Assembly: GCA_964016885.1 (NCBI GenBank)
Contig: OZ024741.1
Location: forward strand, 305,660,001 to 305,724,000
DNA length: 64,000 nucleotides
From: Eledone cirrhosa
Lineage: Eukaryota
Reading direction: 5' to 3'
The notes under the pieces were generated by a model. The model was not told where the DNA came from and ran no database searches. It saw only the letters and a list, made by a program, of their open reading frames with translations. Made by a program: the position numbers and the translations under genes. Numbering within the stretch: position 1 is the first letter of the stretch; each line of letters starts with the position of its first letter. Positions 35,565-49,354 of the stretch are shown here, in pieces.

Positions 35565-38500
35565 ACGACGTAAATAGAGTGAATGACAGAATAATTAAAA
35601 TAAGACTAGTTCTAAATAGAACTACTGTGACAATAATATCCGCTTATGCACCCCAATCTGGTCTACCTGACGTTATAAAGGAGAGGTTCTATGAGATGCT
35701 AATGCACACTACCTCCCAAATAACCGACAGTGTCTACTTAATTATTGCTGGCGATCTAAATTGTCACATTGGACAACATAGTGATGGCTATGATGGAATC
35801 CATGGAGGCTATGGGGCTGGAAATAGAAATGAGGAGGGCTTCAGAATCCTGGAATTCTGTGATGCTAATAACCTAACTATCTGTAACACAAACTTCAAAA
35901 AACGAGAAAGAAAACCACTTGATCACCTATAGATCAGGGGAATACGCCAGCCAGATAGATTATATCCTTACTAGAAGACGGGACAAAGTGTCTGTTGTAA
36001 ACACTAAATGCCTCCCCCGTGAAGCATGCACCTCCCAATATAGCCTAGTAGTTAGTGACCTCATAGTCAGGAATAGACGTATTCGACGAAAGAGGAGGTC
36101 TACCTTGAGGAGAAGAATATGGAAGTTGAAGGACCCCATAGCCAGTGACAAATTTAAAAGCTTATTACTTGATGCCTTTGACAATAAGAAAGAGCAATTA
36201 GAGATGTGCGATATAGAGGAAGAGTGGCAATTCTAGAAAGTGAACCTGCTGAAAGCAACGGATGAAATCTGTGGCTGGAACAGACCTATTGGCAGGAGGA
36301 GAGTAACTTGGTGGTGGAACAGTAAGGTGGAAGAGACAATCAAGGCCAAAAAGCAGGCTTGGAAAGTATGGTAGGATGGGGGAAGTAGAGAGCACTATCA
36401 AGTGGCCAGGAGAGAAGCTAGGAGACAAGTGTACCTTGTAAAAAGGGTAGCAGAGGATAGAAAGTTCAAGCATGTTCTACAACGTGAGGACCAAAAACGT
36501 GAGGTGTTCAGGATTGCTAGACAATGTGTCAAGGAAAACCGTGATATTGTCAGGGAGAAGTGTGTCCAAAATGATAACGGTGTACTTGCGCTCATTGATA
36601 CTGATAAGAAGATAGCCTGGAAGTGTCACTACAAGAGACTATTAAATGAGGAGAATAAATGGGAAAAAGATAGTCTGCCCCAAATCGATCCAATAGAAGG
36701 ACCAGCGATGCAAGTTAAAGGTAGTATAATAAGTAAGGCAATCAAAGATATGAAGACAGGCTGGGCCTTCGGAGATAGTTGCTGAGATGTTGAAGGCATC
36801 TGGTATGGTGGGACACACTACGGTAACCCATATAGTTAACCAAGTAATTCAGAATGGGGTCATACCAAAAGACTGGCGTAGCAGCATCATCATTAACTGC
36901 TACAAGGGTAAAGGGGATGCTCTAGATAGGAGAAACTATAGAGGCATTAAGTTAGTTGACCAGGTCATGAAGGTCACAGAAAGAGTTATAGCACAACTAA
37001 TCAGAGAGCGAATTGATATAGATGAAATGCAGTTTGGGTTTGTGTCAGGTAAAAGTACCATAGACGCTCTTGTCCTTGTACGACAACTACAAGAGAAGTA
37101 CCTAGCTAAAAGTAAACCCCTCTACTTAGCTTTTGTAGACCTGGAGAAAGCCTTTGACAGAGTCCCCCGCTCCATTATCTGGTGGGCTCTTAGAAAACTA
37201 GGTGTAGATGAATGGCTTGTGAGAGCTATACAAGCCATATATAAAGAAACAGTCAGTAAGGTTAGAATTACAATGAATATTGTGAAGAATTTAGTGTAAA
37301 AGTTGGTGTTCGTCAAGGCTCTGTCCTTACCCCCTCCTATTTATTATTGCTCTTCAGGCTATAACAGAGGAACTCCTATACGCAGATGATCTAATGCTCA
37401 TAGCTGAAACAATGGCTGAACTAGAGAAGAAATTTGAAACATGGAAGCATGGCCTAGAATCAAAAGGCCTTAAAGTTAACTTGTCTAAAACTAAAGTTCT
37501 ATTTTGTAGAAAGGAAAATAGGGCACAGGTGCCCTCAGGGAAATGGCCATGCTCAGTGTGTAGGAAAGGAGTAGGCAGAAATTCCATTTTATGTCCCAAA
37601 TGCAAAGTATGGGTACATAAAAGATGTAGTGGGATCACAGGTAAACTATCTAAGAACGTAGACTTTATATGTGGCCAATGCTCAGGTGCAATAACTAGCA
37701 AGTGTCCACAGGATACTAGCTCCTTCTATTGCCCAGATGGTTCTATAGAAATAGTAAGCACTTTCCGTTACCTGGGTGACGAAATCAGCAGTGGTGGAGG
37801 GTGTTAGTAAGTACAGTAGCCAGAGTCAGAACGGGATGGAAAAAGTTCAGAGAGCTTATACCGCTGTTGGCTACAAAAGGTTTCTCTCTAAAAATGAAAG
37901 GCAGATTGTATGATGCCTGTATATGAACAGCAATGCTACATGGCAGTGAGACATGGGCATTGCGTGTGCAGAGGACCTGCGCAGACTGGAAAGGAATGAA
38001 GCATGCATGCTCCGTTGGATGTGTAATAGTAATATACGTGAACGGCAAAGCATAGATGAACTAAGTGAGAAATTAGAAATAAGAGGGATCAGATTCTGTT
38101 TACTTGAGAGAAGACTACGTTGGTATGGTCACGTGATGCGCATGAAAGACGACAGCTGCATAAAAAAGTGCAGGGCGATCAAAATTGATGGTAGTTACGG
38201 AGTAGGTAGACCCAGAAAAACCTGGGATGATCTGATAAATTCCGACCTTACACACTTGCACCTCTCTAAGACAATGTCACTGGACCGAGATCTTTGGCGG
38301 TACTCAGTAATACAGAAGACCCGCCTTGCCTATGTACAAAGCGAAACCTAGTCAGTAGGCACCTCTCAACCAAATATACACCCCAATCCACTACCCCTAC
38401 CCTATCCTCCCACTCCCACCAACACCACCCTCTCTCTGTAAAGTTGGTATCACAATATCCAGTCCAAATAAATGAGATAATGAGATGAGATCATGTAGGT

Positions 38501-38750
38501 GTCACGACAAAAAAACACACAGTCCATGCTGTAATGTGGCCATGTAGGTAACACGGTAAAAAGTTCCCAGTTCCACACTGTAAGTGTGGTTAGTGTTAGG
38601 AAGGGCATCCAGCCGTAGAAAATCTGCCAGATAGTCCTATATGAGTGAGACACGGTCACCCGACCAACCTTGCCTCAAGTGGGACAACTCCTGTCTAACC
38701 CATGCTAGCGTGGAAGATGGACTTTAAACGATGATGATGATGATGATGAT
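35565..38750 (+). pseudogene. Degenerate 5'-truncated copy of the RTE element (stops and frameshifts)
   Basis: ORF pieces 35417-38351 match the 9980 protein from DVNRVNDRII onward; 3' UTR and (GAT)n tail. Confidence 0.92.
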
Positions 38751-38937
38751 GGCCACAATGGAGGAGGACCAAGGAAGACCTGGGTGGGGGTGGTGAGAGC
38801 TGGTCTCAAATCGCTGAAGCTTACAGAAGAGATGACAAAAGATCGCAACAAGTGGAGAGATGCTGTGCTGAAAAAGAACTGTCCAACACATGCAAGCATG
38901 GAAGAGCAGATATAAAATGATGATGATGATGATATAT

Positions 38938-38974
<37 letters not shown>

Positions 38975-39107
38975 TTTTAGTGTTTAACCTAATCCAGGTT
39001 GGATAGATAACCCTTTTAGAACTTGATGTAGTGTATATACTTGTATATATACACACACAGACGTTGACATTTATAAAATAAAATAAGATGTACCAAAACT
39101 AAATCAC

Positions 39108-39713
39108 TTACATGAAATCTTTCCCATTCAATTTCCTGAACTTTTGGCATTCGTAGTTATACAGAGGAGTTTGATTCCAAGTTGTTGTTAAACTGCGTTC
39201 TGGCCAGTGTGGACCAGGTGAGAATGCCTTCGTTTTATATCCCATATAATAATTTGGATAGGAAGGTAGACATTTTTTTTTGTTTTGGGATATATTGTCT
39301 AATTCAGGATAATTCACAACTCCCAATGCAGGCAACTGGAATGTTGGATGCATGGTGTATGCTAATTTCATTGGCTTATCCTTAAGCAAACCTTTCAAGC
39401 GATCAAGTTGAGAAGAAGCTTTTGAGCCTTTTTCTATAAGTTCTGTGTTTGTAAGAGTACGATGAAACTTCCCCTGTGTGTTTGATACAATAATTTTAGA
39501 TTTCCATGCATCAATTTCTTTTTGTTTTAATTCTTTAATGTAGAATTCTTCAACTGTAGAACATGGAAGTGTGTAGGAACTGTATTCACTGGACTTACAT
39601 GGCTGTTTTTTCCAGAGATCAAAATCATATTCTCTGTCGTTCCATGTATAAAATTCATTCCGTCCACAGATATATTTTTCCCGTTTTGGATAACAGATAG
39701 TATCTTCGTAAGG
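39108..39713 (-). CDS. CFAP92: CFAP92/KIAA1257-like gene, last identified exon (stop at 39108, or donor after 39112)
   Basis: TATATAG acceptor; open for 202 codons: PYEDT..TWNDREYDFDLWKK..SQLDRLKGLLKDKP..GKDFM. Confidence 0.7.
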   Translation of the reverse strand, partial: PYEDTICYPKREKYICGRNEFYTWNDREYDFDLWKKQPCKSSEYSSYTLPCSTVEEFYIKELKQKEIDAWKSKIIVSNTQGKFHRTLTNTELIEKGSKASSQLDRLKGLLKDKPMKLAYTMHPTFQLPALGVVNYPELDNISQNKKKCLPSYPNYYMGYKTKAFSPGPHWPERSLTTTWNQTPLYNYECQKFRKLNGKDFM

Positions 39714-40332
39714 CTATATAAGAACAGTTAAAAATGTTAGATTCAGTTCAGTAAATGCCTGACACAGGAATAGGAGTCAGCAACTTTGAATATTTTTTAA
39801 TCCCATGAAGTCTTCATAGAAATGGATGGTAAGAGAGGGAAAGAGAGAGAGTGTGTGTGTGTGTATATGTCTGTGAGAGAGAGAAAGAGAAAGTTTATGT
39901 GTGAGAGAGAGACAGCGAATGTTTGCGTATATTTGTGTCTCTGTGGCAACAATGAAAATTTTCTTATAAATCCTAGATGGTTATATTAAAGAGTCAATAT
40001 TGATTTCTAATACTTGGTAGTTGTTTCTAATTAAACCGTGGAATTTCCTTGTGGTCAGCTAGTTTCAAACAAACGTAGGATAATAGAAATAACCAAATTT
40101 GTATTTGTAAAATGGTTCAGTCTTTCGAAATAATTGAGCATGCTATTCTTAACCTCTCTGAGGTCATATTTCTAACAGTTATATTATGTGCTTTAATTTT
40201 CAAAACAAACAAGCATGCCACTCTAAAGCTTTTTCTAAAAGTAAGAGATGCGGTCTTTTGTATTTTGATTTTCAAAATGTAGCTCAAAACTTTTCTGTGA
40301 CCTTGATTCTGCTACTACTACTGCTACTACTA

Positions 40333-40364
<32 letters not shown>

Positions 40365-40379
40365 CTACTAATAATAATG

Positions 40380-41205
40380 TTTTCTTTATTAACCACAAGG
40401 GTTGACATAAAGTATAACATTAAGGACGGTACATGATGGTACAAATGGGCATTTCTGCATGTAAAGAAAAAAACAAAGGAAATGATAAAAAAAGAAACAA
40501 AGGAAAATTCCCCAATAGTGGGGAGACTTCCGAGGGACATTCATGGGGAAAGCCCATTAAAAAAGCCACGGTGACCCTGACCACCAGGGCAAATGCCCTC
40601 TCCCAGTTTTCCACCTTCAATTTACAGGCACATACTCAGAGTAGGCCCATTCACTCGGGCCATGCTTGCCTCTCTCACCCATCTTTCAAGAAATTGGTGG
40701 GAAGAGAGCACTTCCCCCTCCACCCTGATTTTCCATTTAAGTGCTTGTCTTCAGCCCTTTCAAGCGCGTCTTTATTGGCCACAAGGTCTGACATATAAGG
40801 GACAATACAATAGATGGGGACAGTGGGTGGTTTACACAAAAATTGAGTAAAAAATACGAAAACAATAACAAGAAACAAGAAAATTAAAAACAACAGAAGT
40901 TCCCCAATGAGGAGATAACCACCCAGAGTTGTTTCAGGTACCCCACCAAATCTGAAGCACCCGATGCTTTGAGGGCACCCAGGAAGGGCACCCCTCTCCT
41001 CCTCAAATTCACCAGCCTACAGGCGCATGGTCAGAGTAGGCCCACTCACACAATCCATTCTCGCCATACTCACCCACCTTTTAGCAAATGTACTGGGGGG
41101 CAGCACTTCTCTCGCCACCCTTACCTTCCTTTCCAAGTGAAACTTGAAAAAGTTGATGATGGATTGGCCGACGAGAAAAGTGTCTGTCTCGAGTCCTTTC
41201 AACCT
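40380..41205 (-). mobile_element. Two Tx1/L1 LINE 3' fragments
   Basis: ORF2 C-terminus RLKGLE..FFKFHLERKVRVAREVL..FAKRW; 3' UTR ends AATAAAG. Confidence 0.65.
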
Positions 41206-41224
41206 GGTGCTGCTACTTCTACTA

Positions 41225-42615
41225 CTAATAATAATAATTGTTTCTCCATTTGGCACAAGGCCAGCAATTATCCCAGTGCATTACTGGTACTTTATTTTAT
41301 TGACCCCGTAAGGATGAAAGGCAAAGTTAACCTCGCCAGGATTTAAACTCAGACCATAAATGGCCGTAACTCTTTGCTGCAAAGCATGGCATCCGACCCT
41401 CTACTGATACTGCCAATCCACCAATAATAATGGTTTCTTATATAGGCACAAGACCAGCAATTTAGTGAGAGGGGAAAATCCATTAAATCGACCCCAGTGC
41501 ATGACTGGTACTTTATTTTATCAACCCCGTAAAGATGAAAGCAAAGTTAACATGGGGGGGGGGGGATTTGAACTCAGAACGCAAAGGGCTATAACTCTAT
41601 GCCGCTAACCATGTTGTACCGATTCTTAATAAAAATAATTGTTTCTTAATAATAATTGTTTCTACTTTTGGCACAAGGCCAGCAATTATCCAGTACATTA
41701 CTGGTACTTTATTTTATCGACCCCGTAAGGATGAAAGGCAAAGTTAACCTCGGCGGAATTTGAACTCAGACCATAAAGGACCGTAACTCTTTGCTGCAAA
41801 GGCAAAGTTAACCTCGACGGGATTTGAACTCAGACCGTAAATGGACGTAACTATGCTGGAAAGCATGGCGTCCGACTCTAAAACTATAATAAAAATCAAC
41901 TAGGAAACGTTCAACAAAAGGAGGGGACATTTTACTCTGCCGTTTCAAATTAACACATTCAACTATTTGGAATCCGTATCAGTAATTTTGATTTTAGGAA
42001 TGAAAGAGTCACTCCTCTAAAGGAATATCGATATAAATAAATACTTTCTAGAATAAGGTTATTTCTTTGGTATATTCCATAAAGAGCAATCTTACCAAGG
42101 GAAACAACTCAGTATGGAATGTCAAGTTATTCCGTATTCCATACAGAGTTTTTCCCCTTGACTAGTACTCCTTTACCGGATGTATCTAAAAGCTAAAACA
42201 TATTTTGTCCGATGCTCTACCGACTATGACTTCAAACACCGTTCGTATTTATTGAATAAAAACCCACAAATCTTCATTATTATAATTTACGATCTGAGTT
42301 CAAATCCCGCCGAGGTTGACTTTGCCTTTCATCCTTACGGGGTCGATAAAAGAAAGTACCAGTAATGAACTGGATAATTGCTGGCCTTGTGCCTAAAGTA
42401 GAAACAATTATTATAATTATATAATGGACGGTGGATTGGCAGTATCGGTAGAGGGTTGGACGCCATGCTTTGACGCATAGAGTTACGGTCCTTGCCATTC
42501 TGAGTTCAAATCCCGCCGGGGTTAACTTTGCCTTTCATCCTTACAGGGTCGATAAAATAAAGTACCAGTAATGCACTGGGTAATTGCTGGCCTTGTGCCA
42601 AAAGTAGAAATAATT
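41225..42615. mobile_element. SINE cluster: three or more minus-strand copies (41225-41880) and two plus-strand copies (42290-42615)
   Basis: Family match. Confidence 0.8.
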
Positions 42616-42979
42616 ATGTTACTGCAAAGACAATTTGGATTTAGCCTCTATTTTGTTTAGGAACTAATTTTATAATTAATCGTTTCATTATCAGGTTTCT
42701 AATGAAACACTGCCTGTAATATTTAAGTAATTTTGAAATTCTATCCTTTTTTAATATTTTCCATCGTTGTATAACCTTTGTTTGTAAAATATAGTTGATA
42801 TAAAAATCTTTGTTTAAATAATAAAAAGAAAATTTAGAGAAATTATTCAAGAATTTGAAGGTATAACTAATCTTTTCATTATTAAACTAATGCCTAACTT
42901 AACAAAGTTTGCATAAAATTATGATGGAAGGTTTTAGATAAATATAGACACTTTAAAATAAAGAGGAGCAGTTTCAGGT

Positions 42980-43997
42980 GGTTTGGTATCAATGACATAG
43001 ATGCCAACTTAAAGAATGCCACAGTACTAAAGTACGCAGATGACATCAAGCTGTACCTTGAGATAAAAAGGACAGATCCTGAACACTATAGATCTAGCTT
43101 GCAATCTGACCTGGACACAATGCAGCAATGGATCTCAGACTAGCAACCCAAGCTAGCTGTGGACAAGTGCACTACCATGCATTTTGGGAGTAAAAACCCA
43201 GCGGCCACATACTCCCTCCACAACACTAATATCAAGAAGTCTTCTTGTGAACGTGACCTGGGCATTACAGTCAGCAGCGATTTGCGTTGGACGAAGCACG
43301 TCTCTAAAATTGTCAAGAGGGCTGAGGGTGTCTTAGCATCACTCAGCAAGACTTTTGTCAGCCGCTCTCCAGCTATCTATTTAAGGCTGTACATGGCTAT
43401 GGTGCGGCCACACTTAGAATTTGCATCACCAGTCTGGAACCCCTATCTTGCTCAGAACATTGACCGCCTGGAAACTGTTCAGAGACGTGCAACCAAGCAA
43501 ATACCCTCCTTCAGGCATCTACCATACTCTGATTGCCTTGCTTCCCTGGGCATGGATACATTGAAGCTCCGACGCCTGGCAACTGACTTGGTAAACACCC
43601 ACACAATTGTTAACCATCTTGCCAACAACAACCCTGAGTACCTTTTTGATTTCCATGTGTCTAACACACATGGGCATGCCCACAAAGTCAGAAAACAGCA
43701 CAGTTCCCATGACTTTTGGAAACATTTTTTCATGCTCAGAGTTGCTGAAGCATGGAACAAACTACCTGCATCAATTGTTAGCTGTCGAGACACTGCATCC
43801 TTTAAAACCTCCATGCTTCCCGAGATTCGCCAACACTACACCTAATGTTCCCCCTCCATACACATACACACATGTATATCATGACTCATATACTATTCAC
43901 TTCCCTGACATTTGTATATTATTCTATGTACTATACATACACCTTTGACGAGTTGTAATGCACCTGAACACTTTACACAATAATTTCATTATTATTA
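42980..43997 (+). mobile_element. CR1-clade LINE 3' fragment
   Basis: KYADDIKLY..LQSDLD; ERDLGI; VRPHLEFASPVWNP; RVAEAWNKLP; (ATT)n tail. Confidence 0.88.
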
Positions 43998-44224
43998 TTT
44001 TTATATAAAATATCTAAGTAATTCTGAAAATAATCAAGAATTTGAAGGGACTTAGCAATATAATATGAGGTTTAGAGTATAACTTAAGGAAGGTTTTTAG
44101 GTAAAATTATGATAGATGGTCTTTACATAACTATAAACACTTTAAAATAAACAGTTTAGTATTGTAGAACCAGGGAAATGTACGGGTTGTTTGGTATCAA
44201 AAGAGCTAAAATACTGTTAAATAC

Positions 44225-44425
44225 CTTATCTAGTTCTTCCAGTCTACTTTTCGAAGGTTTCTGAGTCTGTTCATGACGTTGAAGGAAGGATTTTTGCTCA
44301 GCAGAAATCCACCTTTTCGTTTTCTTGAAAGAGGACCACCCATGTTTCAGTACAGTTGTACTGATATGCGAAAATGTCATTGAATGATGGAATTCTGGAC
44401 AGTAAGTATATAATGTATTACTATC
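44225..44425 (-). CDS. CFAP92: CFAP92-like exon
   Basis: TTTCAG/GTATT; 201 bp, phase 0-0; DSNTLYTYCPEF..SRLEELDK. Confidence 0.75.
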
Positions 44426-45349
44426 CTGAAATAGAAAATAAAATCTATGAAAGTGTGAAACAAGATTTTCAAAATAGGCCTGTCTGTGTGGTTATAGAAG
44501 AAATTAAATCTAAATTTAATTACAGTGGAACCTTTTACAGGCAAAACCAACCATCAGGAGACCCAGGGGCAGACCCCAAGCAGGATGGTCGAATAACATC
44601 CATGAACTTGGCTGGTCGCGCTTGGAGATCCAGCTGGATCAGTGGAGATGGTTGTTTCTGACAGGACCCACTAGAAGGAGTGTTTGAGGACTCTGCTCCT
44701 ACGACCCTCTCAAGAAGAAGAAAAAGAAGAAGAAAATGAAGAAGAAAAAGAAGGAGGAGGAGGATGAAGAGGAGAATAAGAAGAAGAATTTCTGGCAATT
44801 AATAAATAAATCGCAAAATATCTGTCACATAACAGTGTTGTGGAAATATGCAAAATGATGGTGATGACCGCATCTTGTTATGACCCAACACATGATTTTG
44901 CATGTGTGAGTGTGGACTGTGTAGTGGAAAATGTAGGCTAAGTAATTTTCTTAGTGTGGTCAGATTAAGATATTAACCCTTTAGCATTCAAACCAGCTGT
45001 ATCCAGCCAGAATTCTCTCACCTCTTTCTGTTCAAACTGGTCATAACTGGCCACTCATACTGATGTTAAGGTATTGTTCTCAAAATAAATATCAAAATCT
45101 CATAGATTCGATATTATGTAAGGTAAAGCATTAACCATGAAAATATAATAGTTAATATAGAGTAATGTAAATGCAAATGGGTTAAATACTAAGTTTGCCA
45201 GCTTGCTAAACTGTAAGTTGAAATTATTTTATTTGGGAGAATGAGGCACACAACTCCAAAAGGCTAGCCTACTGATGCAAAATATCCAGGCATCAGCCCT
45301 AGATATCAACCACCAATTTTTCTAATTTCGAGTGAAAACGAAATCTTAC

Positions 45350-45502
45350 CAATGATTTCATTAGTTCCTCTTTAGCCAAATCTATTGGATTATAAAAACA
45401 AATGGAATAGTTCTGCATCCTTGGAGATAGTTGTGTTAGTTCCACATTTTTCTGAGGTATTGTATTCCTTCTGTTTTTTTCACTTAGCATATGGATTAGC
45501 TC
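45350..45502 (-). CDS. CFAP92: CFAP92-like exon
   Basis: TTTCAG/GTAAGA; 153 bp; QNYSICFYNPIDLAKEELMKSL. Confidence 0.78.
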
Positions 45503-45529
45503 CTGAAAATATTGAAATAAATATATATA

Positions 45530-46755
45530 GAGAAGAAATTCCAAACATGGAAGCAGAGAATAGAAAGAAAGGGTCACAAAGTCAACCTGACAAAGACTAA
45601 GGTCCTTGTAGGTAGACTAGAAAACAGAATCCAGATCCCCTCAGGGAAATGGCCTTGCTCAGTATGTAGGAAAGCTGTAGGTAGGAACTCCATTCTCTAC
45701 CCTAAATGCAAACAATGGGTACACAAGAGATGTAGCGGGATCTCAGGAAGCTTAATTAAGAATGTAGGCTTTACATGCAGCAGCTGCACCGGGTCAGCAA
45801 GCAGCAAACGGCCACAGGAAACAAGCACCACCAAACCCTGGGAGGGCTCTGTAGAAACAATAGACAGCTTTTGCTACCTAGGTGACCGAATTAGCAGTGG
45901 AGGTGGGTGTTCAGAAAGTACAGTAACCAGGGTAAGAATGGGATGGAAGAGGTTCAAGGAGCTACTGCCACTGCTAGCTGCAAAAGGCTTTTCCCTCAAA
46001 ATGAAAGGCAGACTGTATGATGCATGCATACGAACAGCGATGTTACATGGTAGTGAGACCTGGGCGCTGTGTGTAAAAGACTAGTGTAGATTAGAAAGAA
46101 ACGAAGCTTGCATGCTCTGATGGATGTGTAATAGTAATATACGTGAATGGCAAAGCATAAATGAATTGAGAGACAGACTGAGCATAAGAGGAATCAAATG
46201 CTGTGTGCAGGAGAGGAGGTTGCGTTGGTATGGACATGTGATGCGTATGAAGGATGACAGCTGCATAAAAAGGTGCAGAGCACTAGAAGTCAATGGAAGC
46301 CATGGAGTGGGGAGACCCAAGAAGACCTGGGATGAGGTGATAAAAGCCGACCTTAGCCAATTGCACCTCCCAAAGGTGATGACACATGACCGTGACCGCT
46401 GGCGTCACACAATAATACAGAAGACCCGACTTCCCACGGGTACAAGCTGAAGCTGAAGCATATAGACAATATGCCCCCACCCCCTCATACCACAAAGTGG
46501 TCGTGGAGGTGCTACGGCAAAAAAGCACCCAGCCCACACTGTAAAGTGGTCATGGAGGTGCCACAGAAAAAAGCACCCAGCACTCACTGTAAATGAGGTT
46601 GGTGTTAGGAAGGGCATCCAGCTGTAGAAATCAAGCCAGAATCAGTTCCTGTATGAGCAAGACAAGGTCAGCCGACTTGACATTCCCCACAACAGGACAA
46701 CCTGTCTAACCCATGCTAGTGTGGAAGAATGGACGTAAAACGGTGATGATGATGA
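45530..46755 (+). mobile_element. 5'-truncated RTE copy (26836 subfamily)
   Basis: PHD region through 3' UTR and (GAT)n tail; internal stop codons. Confidence 0.9.
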
Positions 46756-47286
46756 TATTGAATTACTTTTGTTTTTTGAAGTACAAAGTTTCAAGCTGTT
46801 TTTTTTTCTGGGTATATATATTTTTATATCTGTCTATGTGTGTGTGTGCATGTGCGTTTATCATGTAGATCACTAACACTAGAGAGGTTGTCACACCATT
46901 GAGAGAACTGAAGGATCGTCTCAACCCTTTTAGGAATGGTTTCTATAGAGGGGTGCACCTCCTATTGCCAACCACCTTACAGGGTGAACAAAGTAGATTT
47001 TCGTAGCATCAACACTAGTGAGGTTGTTGATCACATTCATATATATATTCATATAAGTTTGGTGGTTCACGACTGGATAGAACTGGTCATTCCACCAGGA
47101 TCCTACATAACCTGGCCACTGAAATGTACATAGTGTTTGCAGAAATAAAAATTTGAAGGAATTTCACCTGTCCGTCTCCCTATTATTTTACTCACCTCAC
47201 CAGTATGTTGCAGTATATGGAAACCTGTCTAACCCATGAAAGCATGGAAAATAGATGTTAAATAGTGATGGGGATGATGATGATAC

Positions 47287-47324
<38 letters not shown>

Positions 47325-47334
47325 AAAAGATAAA

Positions 47335-47900
47335 CAACGTTTGCAATGGACTGGACACCTCTGCAGAATGGAGGATGATCGAATCCCAAAACAACTCTTG
47401 TATGGTGAGCTTTGTGAGGGTAAGAGACCACCTCACAAACCAAAGCTCCGATTCAAGGATTGTGTAAAGGACTCATTGAAAAAAAACTGATTTGATGGTG
47501 GCTGACTGGAAGATAGAAGCTCTTGAAAGAGAAACTTGGCGTGGAATGGTGAATGATGGGGTCCATAATTTTGAGGACAGACGCATAGAGCAAGAGAAGA
47601 TCAAACGGGATGTGCATAAGCAATGCCCAGGTGTATCTCTCAAAATGATCGGCATCTCCATTGAATTGGTATGCCCTGAGTGTGGAAAGATTTGCTTGAG
47701 AAAATCTGGTCTCAGGAGCCACAGTTGCATCCATGTTCAAAGAGAACCAGTGAACTATGATATCCACGGTATTGTGAAGGTTCATAAGCAACCTGATGCA
47801 AGACCTGAGGTCAGAGAGATCCATAGTTGTCGTCAATGTGCGAAGGAGTGCAAGTCTCTAGCAGGCTTGAAAAGCCCTATCCAAGCGTCACACATCTGAA
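47335..47900 (+). mobile_element. RTE/BovB-like LINE C-terminus with C2H2 fingers
   Basis: RLQWTGHLCRMEDDRIPKQLLYGEL..PKLRFKD; CPECGKIC..GLRSH; CRQCAKEC. Confidence 0.75.
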
Positions 47901-47974
47901 TCTGACAAGCGATTGCAATACTCTTAGCAGAGTTTGCAGCCATCAAAAGGTAAACAGAATATATACATACATAT

Positions 47975-49090
47975 ATAATGTGGTGTTCCACATTGCAAGG
48001 CAGTGTGTCAGTGTAAATCAAGATGTTGTTGGAGATAAGTGTGTCCGAAATGATGCAGATGTACTTAGTGTCACTGATGCTCAGAAAAAGGAGGCCTGGA
48101 AATGTCATTATGAGAGACTGATGAATGTTGAGAACGAATGAGGGAAAGAGAAACTACCCCTGGTAGACCCAACAGAGGGACCAGCTATTGAGATTGACAA
48201 CTATAGGGTCAAAGAGGCAATGAAAAGTAGTAAGGCCGCTGGTCCATCAGGGATAGTTGCTGAGATGCTGAAGGCATCAAGAGAAGTAGGAACTAAACTG
48301 GTTGTACGCATCATCAACCAAGCTATATATGGCGGAGTCATACCCAAAGACTGGTGCAGCAGTATTCTTATAAATTACTACAAAGGTAAAGGGAATGCTC
48401 TGGAGAGGAGCAATTATAGGGGTATAAAACTGATGGATCAGGTTCTGAAAGTGGCAGAAAGAATACTAGCGCAACTAATTCCCTCTACTTGCAACATTCC
48501 TACATCATTTTGCCTGTGAGGTTCAGCATTTTAAGATCATCTTTAACCACCACAGTCCAGTTTTTTTCTTGGTCTTCCTCTATTGTAGCTTTCTTTCATT
48601 GGCATTACCTGATGCTTCTTCACCCACTGACCATCATCCACTTCTCATGATGGCATCATTCTATCTGCCCTTCCCCTATAGGAGAAAATCCTTTTGTTGT
48701 TAACATCCTGTCATTATTCTATCTGCAATGATTTCATAGCAACCTCCGTCACTGCTAATTAAGTCACCTAAGTAACAAAAACTATCAACTATTTCTATTG
48801 TCCCTCCTTGAGACTGGGAAAGGTTTATTTCACACTACACCTCTTGTGTACCTTATTGAGTTCCTACATATTCCTTTTCTACATTTTGAACATTGCTACC
48901 TTTTCTGAGGGGATCAGAGTCTTGACCTCTTTCCTACTCACTAAAACTTTGGTCGTATACATATACATACATATATGTGTGAGTTGTGCCAATGGCTCAA
49001 CAACCTTCTTAGTGCTGGTGTGTTGATAAAATACACCCAAAACACTCTGTGAAGTGGTTAGTGTTAGGAAAGGCATCCAGTGTAGAAATC
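47975..49090. mobile_element. Rearranged old RTE copy (plus-strand piece, inverted piece, 3' UTR piece)
   Basis: KAAGPSGIVAEML..NYRGIKLMDQV on plus; TKVLVSRKE on minus. Confidence 0.65.
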
Positions 49091-49354
49091 TGCCAAACAC
49101 AGGGTTGTAAGGACATTTCTGTTGTAGCAAGGGCATGCCAACTTTCATAGTGTTGATGCCACATTAAAATGCATCCAGTACACTTTATAAAGTGTAGGAG
49201 TGCATGTAAGCAAGACGTGGCCCCAAGTACATCTGACTGTGTACTGAACTGGTTTATGACGTCACAGTCAACTTATACTATGGAAAATAGGACCTTAAAC
49301 AGTGATGATGGTTGATGATGGCTCCGCCATCCCATATATATATATATATATATA

